Positions 26,200 through 40,439 of a stretch of DNA of 64,000 nucleotides are shown piece by piece. Source of the DNA: Eledone cirrhosa (lineage: Eukaryota). The notes beneath the pieces are model-generated. The model did not search any database. It worked only from the letters and a program-made list of their open reading frames with translations, and was not told the DNA's origin. Positions within the stretch are counted from its first letter, which is position 1, and the number at the start of each line of letters is the position of its first letter. Both the position numbers and the translations under genes were made by a program. The stretch is taken from contig OZ024740.1 in the NCBI GenBank assembly GCA_964016885.1, positions 246,884,001 through 246,948,000 on the forward strand, written 5' to 3'.

Positions 26200-27195
26200 T
26201 CATCGCCTCCATCTCTCTCGTCCTCCCCATCTCTCTGTATGGTGAGCAAATGGGGTCCCACGTGCTGGCCTCCCCACAGCCCCGGCGGACAGAATGGAGA
26301 AGGCGTTTCCCCGGAGAATGGTAAGGGAGATGCGCTGGAAGAGCCATTCCAACTCGCGGGGCTCACACCTGCGGCTGGCCAGCTCAACGCCTATGGTGGT
26401 GAGTAGGGAGGTAGCCCTAGGGCCAAGGACACCAGAAGTCTCCACTGCCAAGGGCTCGACGCAAACCTGTCGGAGAGCGACCGGTACTTGGAGAGTTTGG
26501 CCTCCTCAGCCCGACGTGCAGCAGTACCTGGGTTAGTCGCAGACTGCACCAGGTTGCGGCTGGAGAAAGTGTCGCTGCAAGTGGCATCCCAGACGAGGGG
26601 TTTGCCACTGCGGAACGGAAAGATGGTCATACTGTCTGGCCTTTTGCCGTCCCCTCGGTCCAGCCCCACCGGCTCGAGCTGGAGGGGAAGCCTGCAGCGT
26701 CCAAGCCATGCTTTATGATCTCGTTGAGAGCAGCATGGTGTGGAAGGCGGTCGGCACTGTGGCGACAGGAAAGCGGGTGGAGGCCGAAAGAGTCCACGGT
26801 GGATCCACAGCGACATTTATGTGGCTCGCAGATCCGGAGGTCAAGCCTCGGGGAAACGCCGAAGCGCAGGCTATCGTTATCCAGCTGTGTGCCAGTGGAG
26901 AAGGAGGGAAAGGCATGGAGCCAGGCACTACTGTGGGGTTTGGAGGCCGTGCGAAAACATGAAAGGCGGTGTTGGTCGAGCTGGCGTGTGAGCCTGTCTG
27001 AGGCCAGGCTGCACTGGATGGCATCCCAAATGCTTTGGGGGGACTTGACGTCAGCAGGGGAAGAATGAGGAGGCACGTCTACTGGGCAAAGTCCCAGTCG
27101 GTCCCACGTCTCACAGGCGGTCTCACGTTTCCCGATCACAGAAGGTTCCATTGTGTTTTGGAGAACTCTGCTGACGAGGACGAGGTATGGGGTTA
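26200..27195 (-). pseudogene. CRE-like non-LTR retrotransposon C-terminus (zinc knuckle + restriction-like endonuclease)
   Basis: AWLHAFPS..G, CRCGSTVDSFGLHPLSC..HAALN, LEPVGLDRGDGKRPD..PLVWDATCSDT, AVETSGVLG..LFQRISLTILRGNA. Confidence 0.8.
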
Positions 27196-27257
27196 CATAT
27201 ATATACTGTTCATATATATATATACTATTATATATATATATATTATTATATATATAT

Positions 27258-27860
27258 AAATGGAAAAAAATGAAACAAAATTTCATTTCTCACTCTTAGT
27301 ACGGCTGTTACTTAAATATAAGTATCTTTACGTACATACATACATGTATACAGACGTACAGTAGTATGTATATATATACATGCACACATATATATGTATG
27401 TACGTATGGTTTTACCGAGCATTTATTATAATGCTCGGTTTGTTTGTAAACAAACATCCCGAATTAAGCCGTACAGTGTTTAGCAACCATCGTTACCCTT
27501 TTTGTTCAACACTGACAAAAGAACGATGTACTAGTTTCAAGCTTATTAGCTATCGTCAGCACCGTATACCTTCCTGCCAGATGACTGAACATCTGAAAGT
27601 ATATACTTTCCTTATGCATATTAACGGCTGAGCAGCCTAATTTGCATATCGAATGAGTTAATCGGCCGGGCGCACCGAAATCGATAAATGGAAAAAAATG
27701 AAACGAAATTTCATTTCCCACTCTTAGTACGGCTGTTACTTAAATATAAGTATGTATACGTACATACATATATGTATACAGACGTACAGTAGTATGTATA
27801 TATATATATATGCATACATGTACACATATATATATGTACGTATGGATTCACCGAGCTTTA
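27258..27860 (-). mobile_element. Retrozyme-like partial-tandem element (428-bp period) with HHR
   Basis: The start 27258-~27420 recurs at 27686-~27860; same family as 48606-49100 and 63128-63365. Confidence 0.75.
27524..27564 (-). ncRNA. Minimal type I hammerhead ribozyme
   Basis: Reverse complement CGGTG-CTGACGA-tAGCT(aata)AGCTt-GAAAC-ta-GTA-CATCG. Confidence 0.85.
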
Positions 27861-27861
27861 T

Positions 27862-27933
<72 letters not shown>

Positions 27934-27937
<4 letters not shown>

Positions 27938-28266
27938 ATACTTGGGGAGGGTCATATTTGCGTAATATTGCCAGAATTAATAACAGAACACACTCACTGT
28001 TTGGTTGGTTTTCGCTTCTCGCGACGATGTTGCAGATGTGCAACGAAAGATTTATGTAAATTATGTAAACTATATATATGTGTTTGTGTCTATATTGTAT
28101 CTGTATTAGTTTTGACCGTCGGTCAGTCAATGGCAACATTGAGGACCGAGTAAGTTAGATCGCAGATATAAAAGACAGCGAGAAGCGAAAACCAACCAAA
28201 CAGTGAGTGTGTTCTGTTATTAATTCTGGGAATATTACGCAAATATGACCCTCCCCAAGTATAACA
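27934..28266. mobile_element. MITE-like structure formed from a PLE pLTR plus inverted partial pLTR
   Basis: ~88-bp terminal inverted repeats. Same sequence as the pLTR at 62068-62312. Truncated HHR GACGA-tGTTGCA..TGCAAC-GAAAG at ~28023-28051. Confidence 0.8.
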
Positions 28267-28789
28267 ATATATATATATAAAGTACCAGTAATGTACTGTA
28301 ACAATTGCTGGCCCTGTGCCAAAAGTAGAAACAATTATTATCTGAAAGCCAATCGATTAGGTTTTATGTATTATCTGGCTTTCCTTCTCACCCTACTCCT
28401 CGCTCTCTCCCTCTCGCCCCCTGGGTTTTTCACGATGACTCTCTTTCTCTCTTGTTCATTGCGTTTTTCAACCCCCCCCCCCCTGTCTGTTTCTCTTTCT
28501 CGGTCTCTGGGTTTTTCACGCTCTCACTCTCTCTCTAGCTACCTACTATCACCACTGGCCGATCCCTCCCGATATCTATTCCCCCCTCCTTCACTCTGTA
28601 TTTTACCCTCACCCTGTGCTTCCCTTTTAAACTCCCCCCACTCTTCTCTCTCTCACTCTCTCTCCCCACTCTTCTCTGTCTCACTCTCTCTCTCACCACC
28701 CGTCTCTCTATTTCTCTCTCTTCCTGTGCTTTCATTTCAAACTTTCTCCCTATACTCTTCTCCTTCTCTCTCCTCACCAACTTCCTAAT

Positions 28790-29440
28790 CTGTCATAAGA
28801 TAGAAGGTACTCATATAGACTCCATCGAAATGGACCACATGCAAGGAGGCAATGCAAATAAAATTAACGAAAGCCAATGAAATTGGACAAAGAGAGAACT
28901 ACAACTTGGTACAGAATAACTGACGGACCACGCAAATGTGGATGTGATATATTTTGACTTTGCGAAGGCTTTCAACAAGGTCGACCATGGAATGATATGC
29001 CACAAACTACACGGATTCGGCATAGTTGGAAAATTAGTTGAGTGGCTGCATAACTTCTTAAAATACAAAAGCCTGACTGTTGCAGCCAATAGAGTCCCCT
29101 CAAAGGAAATATAAATAACAAGTGGGGTGCCCCAGGGAACTGTCTTGGGACCACTACTGTTCTTGGTGGCTCTTTCAGACATGCCCTCTGATGACACACC
29201 GGTAGCACAAGCAATCAAGAACCCGGCTGATGCTACTCTTTTACAACAAACGGGCTGAGGACAACATCATGCAATTTAATGCTAGAAAATGTCAAGCCCT
29301 ACAATATAAACCTGCTAACACAAGGACAGTACAACAAAGCTACACTGGACCAGGAGGGATCAAAATCCCCGTGTCGAAATAGATACGAGACCTGGGTATA
29401 GACATGAGCGATGATGCATCGTTTCATTCACACATCATAT
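28790..29440 (+). pseudogene. Degenerate LINE RT fragment (CR1/Proto2-like)
   Basis: DVIYFDFAKAFNKVDHG, SGVPQGTVLGPLLF, IRDLG in + frames with stops. Confidence 0.8.
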
Positions 29441-30628
29441 AATTTATTGTTATTTCTTGCTTTTGTGCAACTTCAAATAAGTATTAACCTGGCAGATTTG
29501 TGGTCAAAAACAATTCAACCATAACCCTCAGAATTTGTTTTCACACATGGTGCATGCAGTGATATGGCGTGATTTGAGGAAAATTTTGTTGCTATATGTA
29601 GCGCGTGAAGAAACCACACAGAAGCTTACTTGTCTCATCATTGGTTTCCCATAGGTTAACTCTGATAAAGCAGGCTTGTAACTAGAAATGTTCTAACCAT
29701 GAGCATTATATTATTTCATCAGTCATAATGGATCCACTGTCGGTTTCGACAAAGAACATTCGGCTGTTCGAACTATTAAACTATTATATTAACGTGTAAG
29801 TATATAAGAATTCCACAGATACTTATACCCTTAACATAATTTCCAAGCCGAATGAACGTGACAAATTATGATGGGGATGCAGGCATAGCTGAATATTTAA
29901 GAAATTTACTTCGCAATCATTGCTCGATCCCATTGCATGACAACTTGGACAAATGTCATTACTAATATCTCGTGTTGGAAAAGCCTTGTTAGTGAAATTT
30001 GTTAGATGGCAACTGTGTCGAAATCTGTCTGGAAACCTATACCTGTAATTGAAAATTCCCTTCTTGCCGCACACTATAACGTTGATTTTGGCAGCAAATT
30101 GCATTACGGATACACGTGTCAGTGGAAACCTCAACCACTTATACGTAAATCTATTTATTAATTTGAAGAACGTCAGTATTCCGTGTGTCATAATTCTCGA
30201 TTATCATTGGTTCATAGGTTTCAAACGACTCCGCCCACCTCAACGACGCCAAACTGAAAGTAATATGCATAATGCCAATGAGGGAGTGAGAGGGGAGAAT
30301 GTGAACGCTGTGTTCAATAACTATTAACATGTGTGCGTGTGTATGTACGTGCGCGTATGTTTATGTGTGTGTGCGTGCGTGCAGCGTTCCACAGAAAGTA
30401 AAAACTATCAACATGTGTGAGTGTGTGCGTCTGTAAGTTTGCGTGCGTGTGCGCGTTTCCATGCGTGTATGTGTGTGGCGTTCCACAATCGACACGCAGT
30501 TTATCTGTCTGTGTGCCTGTCTGTCAGTCTAACATACACAGAGTTGTGAAGGGAGTAAATAGGGACCTTTCTTTACATTGCCGGACATCTTTTATATTTA
30601 TTGTGTCATTTTTTGACAATTGCTCGAA

Positions 30629-33600
30629 ATGAATACTGATAATAAAAGCAATTCGACTTTATCAAACAGTGAACTACAGCGGCGACTGCGTGCAGCCAGC
30701 AATGAACAAAAACGGGCCGAACAGCGCCATCGGAACGCCGAACTTCAGAAGCGACGACGTGCCGCCATGAATGAAGAGGAACTGGCTGAACAACGCCAAC
30801 GAAACACCGGAGCCAAGCAGCGACGGCGGGCTGCGATGATTGAAGACAAACTGGCTGAGCATCATCAGCAGATGGCCAGAATTCAGCAGCAACGGCGTGC
30901 TGCGATGGATGAAGAGGAGCTGGCTGAACAGCGCCAGCGCAATACAGAAGTTCAAAGAATGTGTCGCCAAAGTGCTCCTCATTCCAGTAAAGAGGCTAGA
31001 AGGCGAACGATGGATATTAAAAATGGATCATGGTAACCGTGTCATTTTCAGATTGGTGGACGAGCAGAGTGTCCATGTTGTGGAGCATTGCTTTGGAGGC
31101 ACGAAAAGACGTGGACCACAATGTGCTGTCATAAAAGAGCAGTTCAACTAGAACCCTTGCGAATGCCGGATGATGAGGAGTCACCGGATTTTAAAATACT
31201 AAGTATGTGGGGTGATCAAGGAGACCGAGGTAGAATACTGCGCAAATATTCGCGGCAAATTAACAATTCATTAGCTTTAGCAGAGAGTTAGTGAGATGTT
31301 TGAGAGTGGAGCATGGCAACCGAATGTAGTCATTCAAGGCCGTTTGTATCATTGTATCGGTAATTTAGAAGTTAGCCCAGGAGAGAGGCCTCGATTCGCT
31401 CAAATTTACGTTAACGATCCAGATTATAATGAATCGGAGGAGGATATCAGGATCGGTTGGATGAAGTATAACTGAAATATAACTGAACTTGAACGGCAAA
31501 GGTTAAGTGATTTGATCCGTGATTTGCAATCATGGCTTAGACAGTGTAACCCTTATGTATTGGATTTCATGTTGGTGGCTGAACTGCAAAATGTTCAGCA
31601 GCAAACATTGGTGATTAAGGCTGACGCAGTGCCAAGGAATCAAAACGAACGGCGATATAATGCCCCTGAAGGATTTCGTGAAGTTGCTGTGTTGATGGAC
31701 GATAAGCCTGGATCGAGAGATATCGTCCTCAATCGCAGAGATGGTGGTCTCAAGACTATCAATGAATCAAATAGGGCATACGATCCATTGCATTATGTTC
31801 TTTTATTCCAAAAAGGTGAAAATGGATGGAACATGTCTATTCATTTAGATGATCATGAGAATCAGCATCAACAGGGAGTTGGCAATAGACACAATAATTC
31901 GATTCGCGACTTTTAGGCGTTGCATTTGAACGAGAGGAATCAACAGAGAAATGCGCTATTTCAAGCCAGCAGATTGTTCCAGGAATACTGTTGTATGGCA
32001 TTCGCAAAGATTGAAAATCAAAGGCTAAATTATATCAGCAACATATCAGAGCTGAATTGAAAAATAATATACAGGATGCTATAACAGCCGATCATGCCAA
32101 TTACAAGCAAATTGGTCGACGCATCATTTTGCCATCGTCGTTCATCGGCGGCCCGAGATATATGAACATTCGCTATCAGGATGCAATGGCTATTGTCAGA
32201 AAGTTTGGAAAGCCAGATTTGTTTATAACGGTTACATGCAATCCTGAATGGACTGATATTAAGGATGCACTTTTGCCAGGAGAACAGCCAAAGGACCGTC
32301 CTGATATTGTGGCAAGAGTATTCAAAGGATATCTGAAAAAGATAATGGATGATGTGGAAAAAGAGGAAATCTTTGGAGGTATAGTTGCTTTTACATACGT
32401 AATTGAATTCCAAAAAAGAGGATTGCCACATGCACATTTGCTGATCATTTTACATAGAGATTGCAAATTGAGATGTGCTGAGAATGTTGACAGCATTGTG
32501 TGTGCTGAACTGCTGGAGAATGAGGCACTACGCAACTTGGTGGCAAAGTCAATGGTGCACAACCAATGCGGCGTGGCAAATCGGAAAGCACCTTGCATGA
32601 AAAATGGCCAATGCAGTAAGCACTTTCCGAAATCTTTTGTCACGAACACTTCCTGGAACGATGGGGATGCTCATCCGTCATACAGATGACGGTCGCCTGC
32701 CGATGGCCGTTTGGTCGAAAATGTAAACGGTCGACAGGTTACAAATCAATGGGTTGTGCCATACAATCCATATTTGAATATGAAATATCGTTGTCATATT
32801 AATGTGGAAATTTGTAGCTCAGTGAAAGCTTGCAAATATCTATTCAAATATGTTTACAAAGGTCATGATCGGGCAATGATCAATGTCAGGAATGAGGAAG
32901 CGAACCAAGGAGATGAAGTTGGCAGGTTCCAGGATGTTCGCTCGATTGGATCTAGTGAAGCTTGCTGGAGATTGTTCGATTTTGATCTCAATGAACGCAA
33001 ACCCAGCATTCAGAAACTGATGGTTCCCTTAGATAATAGGCAAATGGTCTGTTTTCAGGACACTAGAAGAAGTGTCGAAAGAATTGCTAACGCACCACCT
33101 CCTAAGACGGAATTGACTGAGTGGTTCAAGCATAATAGGGAACATGCTTTGAACCCGGATCAGAGGCAACTCTACTGCGATTTCCCTTCGCACTATACGT
33201 GGGATAAGAAGGGAAAGAAATGGAATGATAGAAAACAAAAGTTGAGATTCATGACTATTGGACGGGTTGGTAATGTACATCCAACATCTGGTGATGTGTT
33301 TTATCTCCGAATTCTGTTGCATAGTAATTTTTCGAGAGGTAAATAGAGCTTCGCTGATTTGAAAACGATCAATGGCGTGGAATATGAAACATACCAGGCT
33401 GTGTGTCAGCATCTGGGACTCCTTCAGGATGACGCTGAATGGAATAACGCCATGGAAGCTGCAGGAACAACACAGATGGAAGCTCAAATAAGACAGTTGT
33501 TTGTCACGATTCTAGGATTCTGCAATCCTGCCGATCCAAGAGAGTTATTTGAACGCCATTGGGGAATTATGTCTGATGATTTTAGGCATCTTCCTCAGGT

Positions 33601-35223
33601 CGATGATGAAAATTTGATGAAAGCTATTGTTTTGCTCAATATTGAGCAACTGCTTCAAGTTCATTTCAAATGTTTAACAGATTTCAATTTGCCAATTCCT
33701 GATGAAGAAATGCGGCAACGTGTCTTAGCATTGAACATGAGATTGCAGCTTAGACGGTTGCCACTCAATCGGAGGGAACTATTCCAGTTTGATCCACTGG
33801 AACAGCAACGTATTGTGGATGAACGTATGCCAATGTTTACCCAATTTCAGAGAGAATTGGTCGATGGCGTTCTCCACTCGATTTCCACTAATGAGCAACT
33901 TTGTGCTTTCATAGAGGCTCCAGGAGGCACCGGAAAGACATTCTGTTTCAACACTATGTTATCGGCAGTCAGAGCTCAGAGGAAGATTGCTCTCCCTGGG
34001 GCCACCAGTGGGATCGCTGACACTTTGCTGAGTGGTGGAAGGACCTTCCACTCATGCTTCAAGGCTCCATTGGCTCCGGATGAGTTTAGTGTCTGTAACA
34101 TTACAGGACAAAGTGAACTCGCGGGCCTTATACGCAATACGTCTCTGATTATTTGGCACGAGGCTCCAATGGCACTCAGATATTTGCTGGAGACATTGGA
34201 CAGAACTTTGAGAGATATATGTGGTAGTGACCTGCCATTCGGTGGTAAGACTATCGTTCTTGGTGGCGATTTCAGACAGGTGCTACCAATTGTTAGGAAT
34301 GCTCAAAGAGCGCAAATTGTCGATGCATGTCTGAAAAAGTCTCCGTTGTGGCGCCATTTCAGAGATTTGCGATTACACGATAATATGCGACTTCGTATGT
34401 TCGGGCAAAACAAAGAGGCTGAGACATACGGCCGATGGTTGATGCAGTTGGGAAACAATGAATTGCCACACGTTGGTGATAATCAGACTGTAAGAATCCC
34501 AGACCATTTGGTCATGCCACTGGACCGCCAAGCATTGATTGACTGGGTGTTCCCTAATTTGAATGCTTTTTGGCAGAATATCTCCTGGATAACGGAACGC
34601 GTTATTCTAACCCATACGAATGCAACGGTCGATGAAATAAATTCACAAGTAGCCGGAATGTTTCCTGGAGAGGAATGGTTGACCGTCAGTGCAGATGCAA
34701 TGGAGCCTAATCAGCAGAACTATATGGATGTTCCGACTGAGTATCTGAATTCACTTCAAATACCCGGACCCCCCCCCCCACATATTTTGAGGTTGAAAAA
34801 GGGTATGCCAATTATATTGCTTAGAAACTTAGAAATATCAATCATAAAATGGGTCTTTACAATGGTACCAGATTGATTGTTGAGAGATTGATTAATGGAA
34901 GAGTTTTAGAAACTAAACTCCCAGGCAGAGAGGACTCGGTTCTCATTCCGAGGATTATGCTGAGACCAAGTGAAGATCTGCTGTCATTTATTTGGCAAAT
35001 GAGACGGTTTCCCGTCAATTTAGCCTTCTCCATGACTGTCAACAAGGCACAAGGACAGACTTTCAAGCGAGTCGGTGTCTACTTGAATAATCCAGCATTC
35101 AGCCATGGGCAACTGTATGTTGCTGCATCTCGAGTGTGCGATCCTAATGGTGTAACATTTCCAATTGATACCACTAACAGAGGAACAACCCTGAATATTG
35201 TCTATAATGAAGCTTTGAGCTGA
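30629..35223 (+). pseudogene. Helitron Rep-Helicase (HUH Rep + PIF1-like helicase), disrupted
   Basis: YDPLHYVLLF, LPSSFIGGPRYM, PDLFITVTCNPEW, IEFQKRGLPHAH, KYLFKYVYKG, APGGTGKT, GGDFRQVLP, FSMTVNKAQGQT, FSHGQLYVAASR; several stops and frameshifts; Walker B reads HEAPM. Confidence 0.96.
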
Positions 35224-35253
35224 TGTATGCATATCTTTAATGCTATCAATAAG

Positions 35254-35590
35254 CGACGTAAATGATTCGGACATTGGTGTCCTTTGATCAGTATTGTGAG
35301 CTTTGACAGAGTTATTATTTATGTTCAATGTCATTTAATGTCGTTATGAGCAATAAAAACAAACAAGTATTGGTCAAAATTGCTTTCACTGCTATGTTGC
35401 GCAATAAATACCAACAAGTATTGGTAGAAATTGCCTTCGCTGCTATGAATATTCGACGTAAATGATTCAGACATTGGTGTCCTTTGATCAGTATTGTGAG
35501 CTTTGACAGAGTTATCATTTCTGTTCAATGTCATTTATTGTCGATAATGAGCAATAAAAACCAACAAGTATTGGTAGAAATTGCCTTCAA
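35254..35590 (+). repeat. ~200-bp tandem duplication in Helitron 3' region
   Basis: CGACGTAAATGATTC.GACATTGGTGTCC... at ~35254 and ~35455. Confidence 0.85.
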
Positions 35591-35658
35591 ATTTATCGCT
35601 TCTGATAGCGGTGGTAATAAAACCTCATCATATGCTGAGTCTAGCAAAATGTTTGGTG

Positions 35659-35679
35659 CCTATGGCCGGCCAGGGCTAG
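35659..35679 (+). mobile_element. Candidate Helitron 3' end
   Basis: GC-rich hairpin TGGCCGGCCA followed by CTAG. Confidence 0.5.
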
Positions 35680-35988
35680 AGTAATATTGAAAAACGATTC
35701 TATTTTCGAAGTAGAAGGATCCGCTATTTAGAGTTCAAACCAGGCCACCTCCCCGAGTTGAACTCTGGGCAATATTGACTGTCTATTACTCAGTGGCTAA
35801 GAGCCTGGAAATTACTGAATAAACTTTTGTGTCATATAATTTGTTGTTTTATTATTATAGCTGACCACTTATAGATAAGCATGTTATCCATATCCATATT
35901 AATTTGGCATTTGTATAAACCATTTCAAGTAAATAGGGACCTTTTTTTACATTGACGGACATCTTTTATATTAATTATCTATATCTAT

Positions 35989-36336
35989 ATCTACATATAA
36001 TATAAAAGATTGGAACTTCCATCATCCTTTTGAGAAACGTCGAACAACCACGTCTATGCAATGATACACGTTTTACAGTCAGGCAGAAGATGAAGCATCT
36101 CCTAGAGGTCACTATTCTAGGTGGGAGCACCTAGAATTGTTCATATACTATGCACAAACGGTACAACGAAGAATCTGGTATATCTGGAAGATTTATTTTA
36201 CTGTTTTTGGTATCACACAGACACCACGGACTCGCCTCATACTGTAACCAGACAAACATCCAATACAGTCATTTTCTCTTTTACCTGTCTTCTCTTATCA
36301 TCTGTTTACCCGGGCGAAGCTGGGTACGTCAGCTAG
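35989..36336 (+). mobile_element. Non-autonomous Helitron
   Basis: 5' TC(TACATATAATATAAA), helicase tail remnant TTKNLVY, 3' hairpin ACCCGG..CTGGGT + CTAG|T. Confidence 0.75.
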
Positions 36337-38035
36337 TTTAATTAATAGGTAGTTCTGTTAATCGGATAACTGAATACTCATCGATGGAGTTCCATTTCAT
36401 CAGATATGCTCTAACTAGGACTGTATAATTCCGTTTATTCTCCCTTTTAATATATTTCAAACAGTATGATATGCTTTCAGGAAAATTTCGCTGCTATTTC
36501 TAGCTGGTCAAGTGGTCACTTAGAGACTGCGTCGTTAGTTTTTTTTTTATAAACGAACATATGTTGTTGTTCACGCCTAAGGCCAAGCAGTTCCGGGGGA
36601 CCTGATGAAAGAAATTGTAACTGTGGCTACACTGTCTTTTTTCCAGAAAGGACAGCGTAGCCACAGTTAAAACTTCTGTGTTATTCTCTCTTCTTTTTAA
36701 TACTATGTGGGTGATTTAGCTGCTATATCTAGCAAGCCAAGCGTATGTATGTATTATGTATGTATGTATTATGTATGTGTGTGTGAGTGTGCGATGATAC
36801 TGGCTTTGGCAGTGAGTGTATAGATATCTATGAAATGTAATAACAAAGGAACCACTTGTAACTGTAATAATTTTCAGTAAACACATGTTTCTTAGATGAA
36901 GAAACAACAAAGATGACCGCAACTTGACGCCTGAGGCAATGACGTCATCAAGTTAATAAACTGAGTTGTTTGTTGATGTCATGTTGCTAATGAGAAATTT
37001 GTAATTGCCAAAAATACTCTGAAGAAAAGGTCTTCTGTCTATACCTCTCAATAAATAAGCTCTTGCTCTATTGGATAAACAAACGTCGGTTTACATCGAC
37101 TGCAAGGCGAAAGTGTTTTGTATAGCTTTTTGGAGAAATATGATGGTGCATTGGCACTGCCGCAGCTATTTGGCAGAAACTATCAAAAACAAAACAAACC
37201 TAAATTTGTTTTTTGCTTTTAGGGGAGTGGTAGGGGGATTACATGTGATAGACTAGCGCTCTTTCCGTGTGTATGTTAGCTTTGACATTCATTCACTTAT
37301 AGTTCACTACGGAATATCTTATGAAGAATTACTTCTATAGGTTACGCTGATTGAATTTACCGATTGTTTTTAGTCGTTTTTGGTATTTTGATTGTTGTTG
37401 TTGTTGTTGTTATTGATGATGATGATGATGGTGATGTTAATGTTGATGTCAGTTATGTTTTTATTTGTTCATCCGAAGAGGCGGGGTGAGGCCAGTGAAT
37501 ACAACAGACTGTCTCAAATTTAAAATCCTTAAAAACAAACAAAAAATTTAAAGGAAATAAATCAAAATAACCAATGGCGTGAATTTTGGCGATTAAGTTA
37601 AAGGGTGATGTGCTGAATGTCAAAATAATTGAAATACTCACTCATCGTTGAAGAAAGAAAACATCAACCAATGGCAATTGATAGTGATTCTCAATGACAA
37701 AGGAAGATAATTTCAATAAACTAAGAATTACTCTCTCAAATAGGAACAAGTGCAGGTTGTCTGATAGAAAAATTAGGAGAGGCAGTAGTTCTTGCAAAAT
37801 AAAAAATTGAAACTGAGATATTGTGACACAGCGTATCTTGAGTAGGAGAAATGAGCATGTTGTGTGGGTCTGGATGAAGATGAGATGGAGCTTACAGATT
37901 CAGAGAAGTCATCATTGTCATAGCAATGAATGAAAGAGAGAGAGAGATGGAGGAAGACAGAGAGAAAGAGGAGAAACGATATGATCCAATAAAATTTGAA
38001 GGTGGAGCTCTAGTATAGTCACTATTTATCTACCT

Positions 38036-38071
<36 letters not shown>

Positions 38072-38072
38072 T

Positions 38073-38123
<51 letters not shown>

Positions 38124-38211
38124 TTATACACACACATATATATATATTTTAACACACACACACACACATATATATATATATTTATACACACATATATATA
38201 TATATATTTAT

Positions 38212-38245
<34 letters not shown>

Positions 38246-38709
38246 TGGAAAAGTAAATACCAACAAGTAGTACAGTTACGAAAGGTGTTAGGTATGAGGT
38301 TCACGCTTGAGAGTGGAATTCAAAATTCAACACAACCAAGGATTAATATTAGTATTATTTATTTATACATCTACGGTAGTTTCAACGCGATTAGAATATT
38401 GTGGAGGAAAATACAGATACTATCAGTTAAGTAACTTCATTATAGGTGCTTTACTCCAAGCCTCATCTCTTCAGGAAATATAAAAAATAACGATAATTCG
38501 TTCAAAATCATAAGACAAATTATCAAGAATTATACAAGATTCAAAGGACAAAGGCAAAAGCATAAGCTTGTGAATATAGTCTTTTTGGCATGCACAAAGG
38601 AGATATGGGTGTTTTTCACAAATATGTTAAAATACTCTAATTGGTTATAGCAGGAGTTATTAGAAAGGATGTTTTCATGAGATAAGATTGCAGTGTTATT
38701 ATTTTACTA

Positions 38710-39358
38710 AGGGCGGTGAATTGGCAGTATCGATAGAGGGTGGGACGCCATGCTTTGACGCATAGAGTTACGGCCCTTGCCATTCTGAGTTCAAATCCCG
38801 CCGAGGTTAACTTTGTCTTTCATCCTTACGGGATCGATAAAATAAAGTACCAGTAATGCACTGAGATAATTGCTGGCCTGATGCCAAATGTAGAAACAAT
38901 TATTTAAATATCATGCTTTGACGCATAGAGTTACGGCCCTTGCCATTCTGAGTTCAAAATCCCGCCGAGGTTAACTTTACCTTTCATCCTTACGGGGTCG
39001 ATAAAATAAAGTACCAGTAATGTACTGGGTATTGCTGGCCTTGTGCCAATAGTAGAAACAATTATTTAAATATCATTTAAAAATTTGCGTCAGTTATCCT
39101 TACACAATTTATATATTTATTATAGTAATTTTTAAGAAGTATGTATGGAATATTAATGTATATTTAATCAGGGCGGTGGATTGGCAGTATCGGTAGAGGG
39201 TCGGACGCCATGCTTTCCAGCATAGTTACGTCCCTTTACGATCTGAGTTCAAATCCCGCCGAGGTTGACTTTGCCTTTCATCCTTACGTGGTCGATAAAA
39301 TAAAGTACCAGTAATGCACTGGGTTATTGCTGGCCTTGTGCCTAAAGTAGAAACAATT
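38710..39358 (+). mobile_element. Cluster of three SINE family A copies (38710-38903, 38912-39065, 39171-39358)
   Basis: Family match; the third copy has a 19-bp TSD ATTAATGTATATTTAATCA. Confidence 0.9.
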
Positions 39359-40439
39359 AATGTATATTTAATCAAACTTATATTTATATTTATGCTTCTA
39401 AAGATGTGATCAGAATGAATAACATTGGGGCGTGATTTGTATTTTCCTTTATATTAACATTTGTATTTTCCTTTATAAGTAAATATTAACATAGCACAGT
39501 TATATATGTAAATGAAAGATGTACATAGAAGAGGAATATATATAAAAAAGATATATAAATTATACATAAGAGGACAAAACCATATCTACATAACCGATTC
39601 ATACACTTATTTTAGCTTATAATTTATACATATAAATCTAGCTTGATAATCTATACATATAAATCTATTCATGAAAAATAATAATTACAGAAAAATATAT
39701 AATATAAGAGCGTTGCCCCAGCATGGCCTCAGCCAGATGGCTGGAACAGGTAAAAGAGTAAAAGAGTAATATTAACTAAATATAAAAAAATATATAACAA
39801 ATATAAAGAATTGCGTATAAATACATAGATGTATACATATAGATGTGAAAGTGAAAAAATGAATAAGGGAGGCAAAAGATAATTCATCAAAATCTCTCTC
39901 TCTATATATATATACACATCTCTATATAAAAACTTAACTATGCGACAAGGAAAGATTTACACATATGTATAAATAAATCCTCATAACTGATTCATACCCT
40001 TCTTTTCCCTTATATGATATTTAAATAAATTTAAATCTATATATAACTAAAAATATAAAAATACAGACAAATATAAAAAAACATAAAAAAAATTGTGTAT
40101 ACACACATAGATGTAAACATACAGATGTGCATGTGAGAATGTAAATAAGAGAAGCATGAAGTAATTCATAAAAATCAATACTCAGACATATGTAAACAAC
40201 CTAGCCAAGCACATACAAAAATATTTCCTCATATGTATAAGCGTACCCTTCTTCACTTAAGTTTAGATATATGTTTACCTATAGTATCGACAGAATGGTT
40301 TAATTATGATTCTAGTTTATTTTAATTAGTAAATCCTTATAGGTATTAGATAAATTTTTATTATTAGTTTTCATTTGAATACTAGTAAAAGCTTAGATCG
40401 TTCAGTTTTTTAAATTTGGTATACTAGAAAGATTGAAAG

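Noticed and set aside
29823-30327. Overlapping ORFs upstream of the Helitron as a captured gene
   Set aside because: No recognisable domain or splice structure
36601-36676. CTGATGA followed by a long hairpin
   Set aside because: No GAAA, stem III or NUH after the hairpin, so not callable as an HHR
38365-38480. Minus-strand CTGAAGA...GAAAC-tacc-GTA, a possible pLTR HHR of the third Naiad
   Set aside because: Stems I and II could not be paired convincingly by eye
39171-39260. tRNA gene
   Set aside because: A/B-box-like head of a SINE that continues into the SINE body with a TSD
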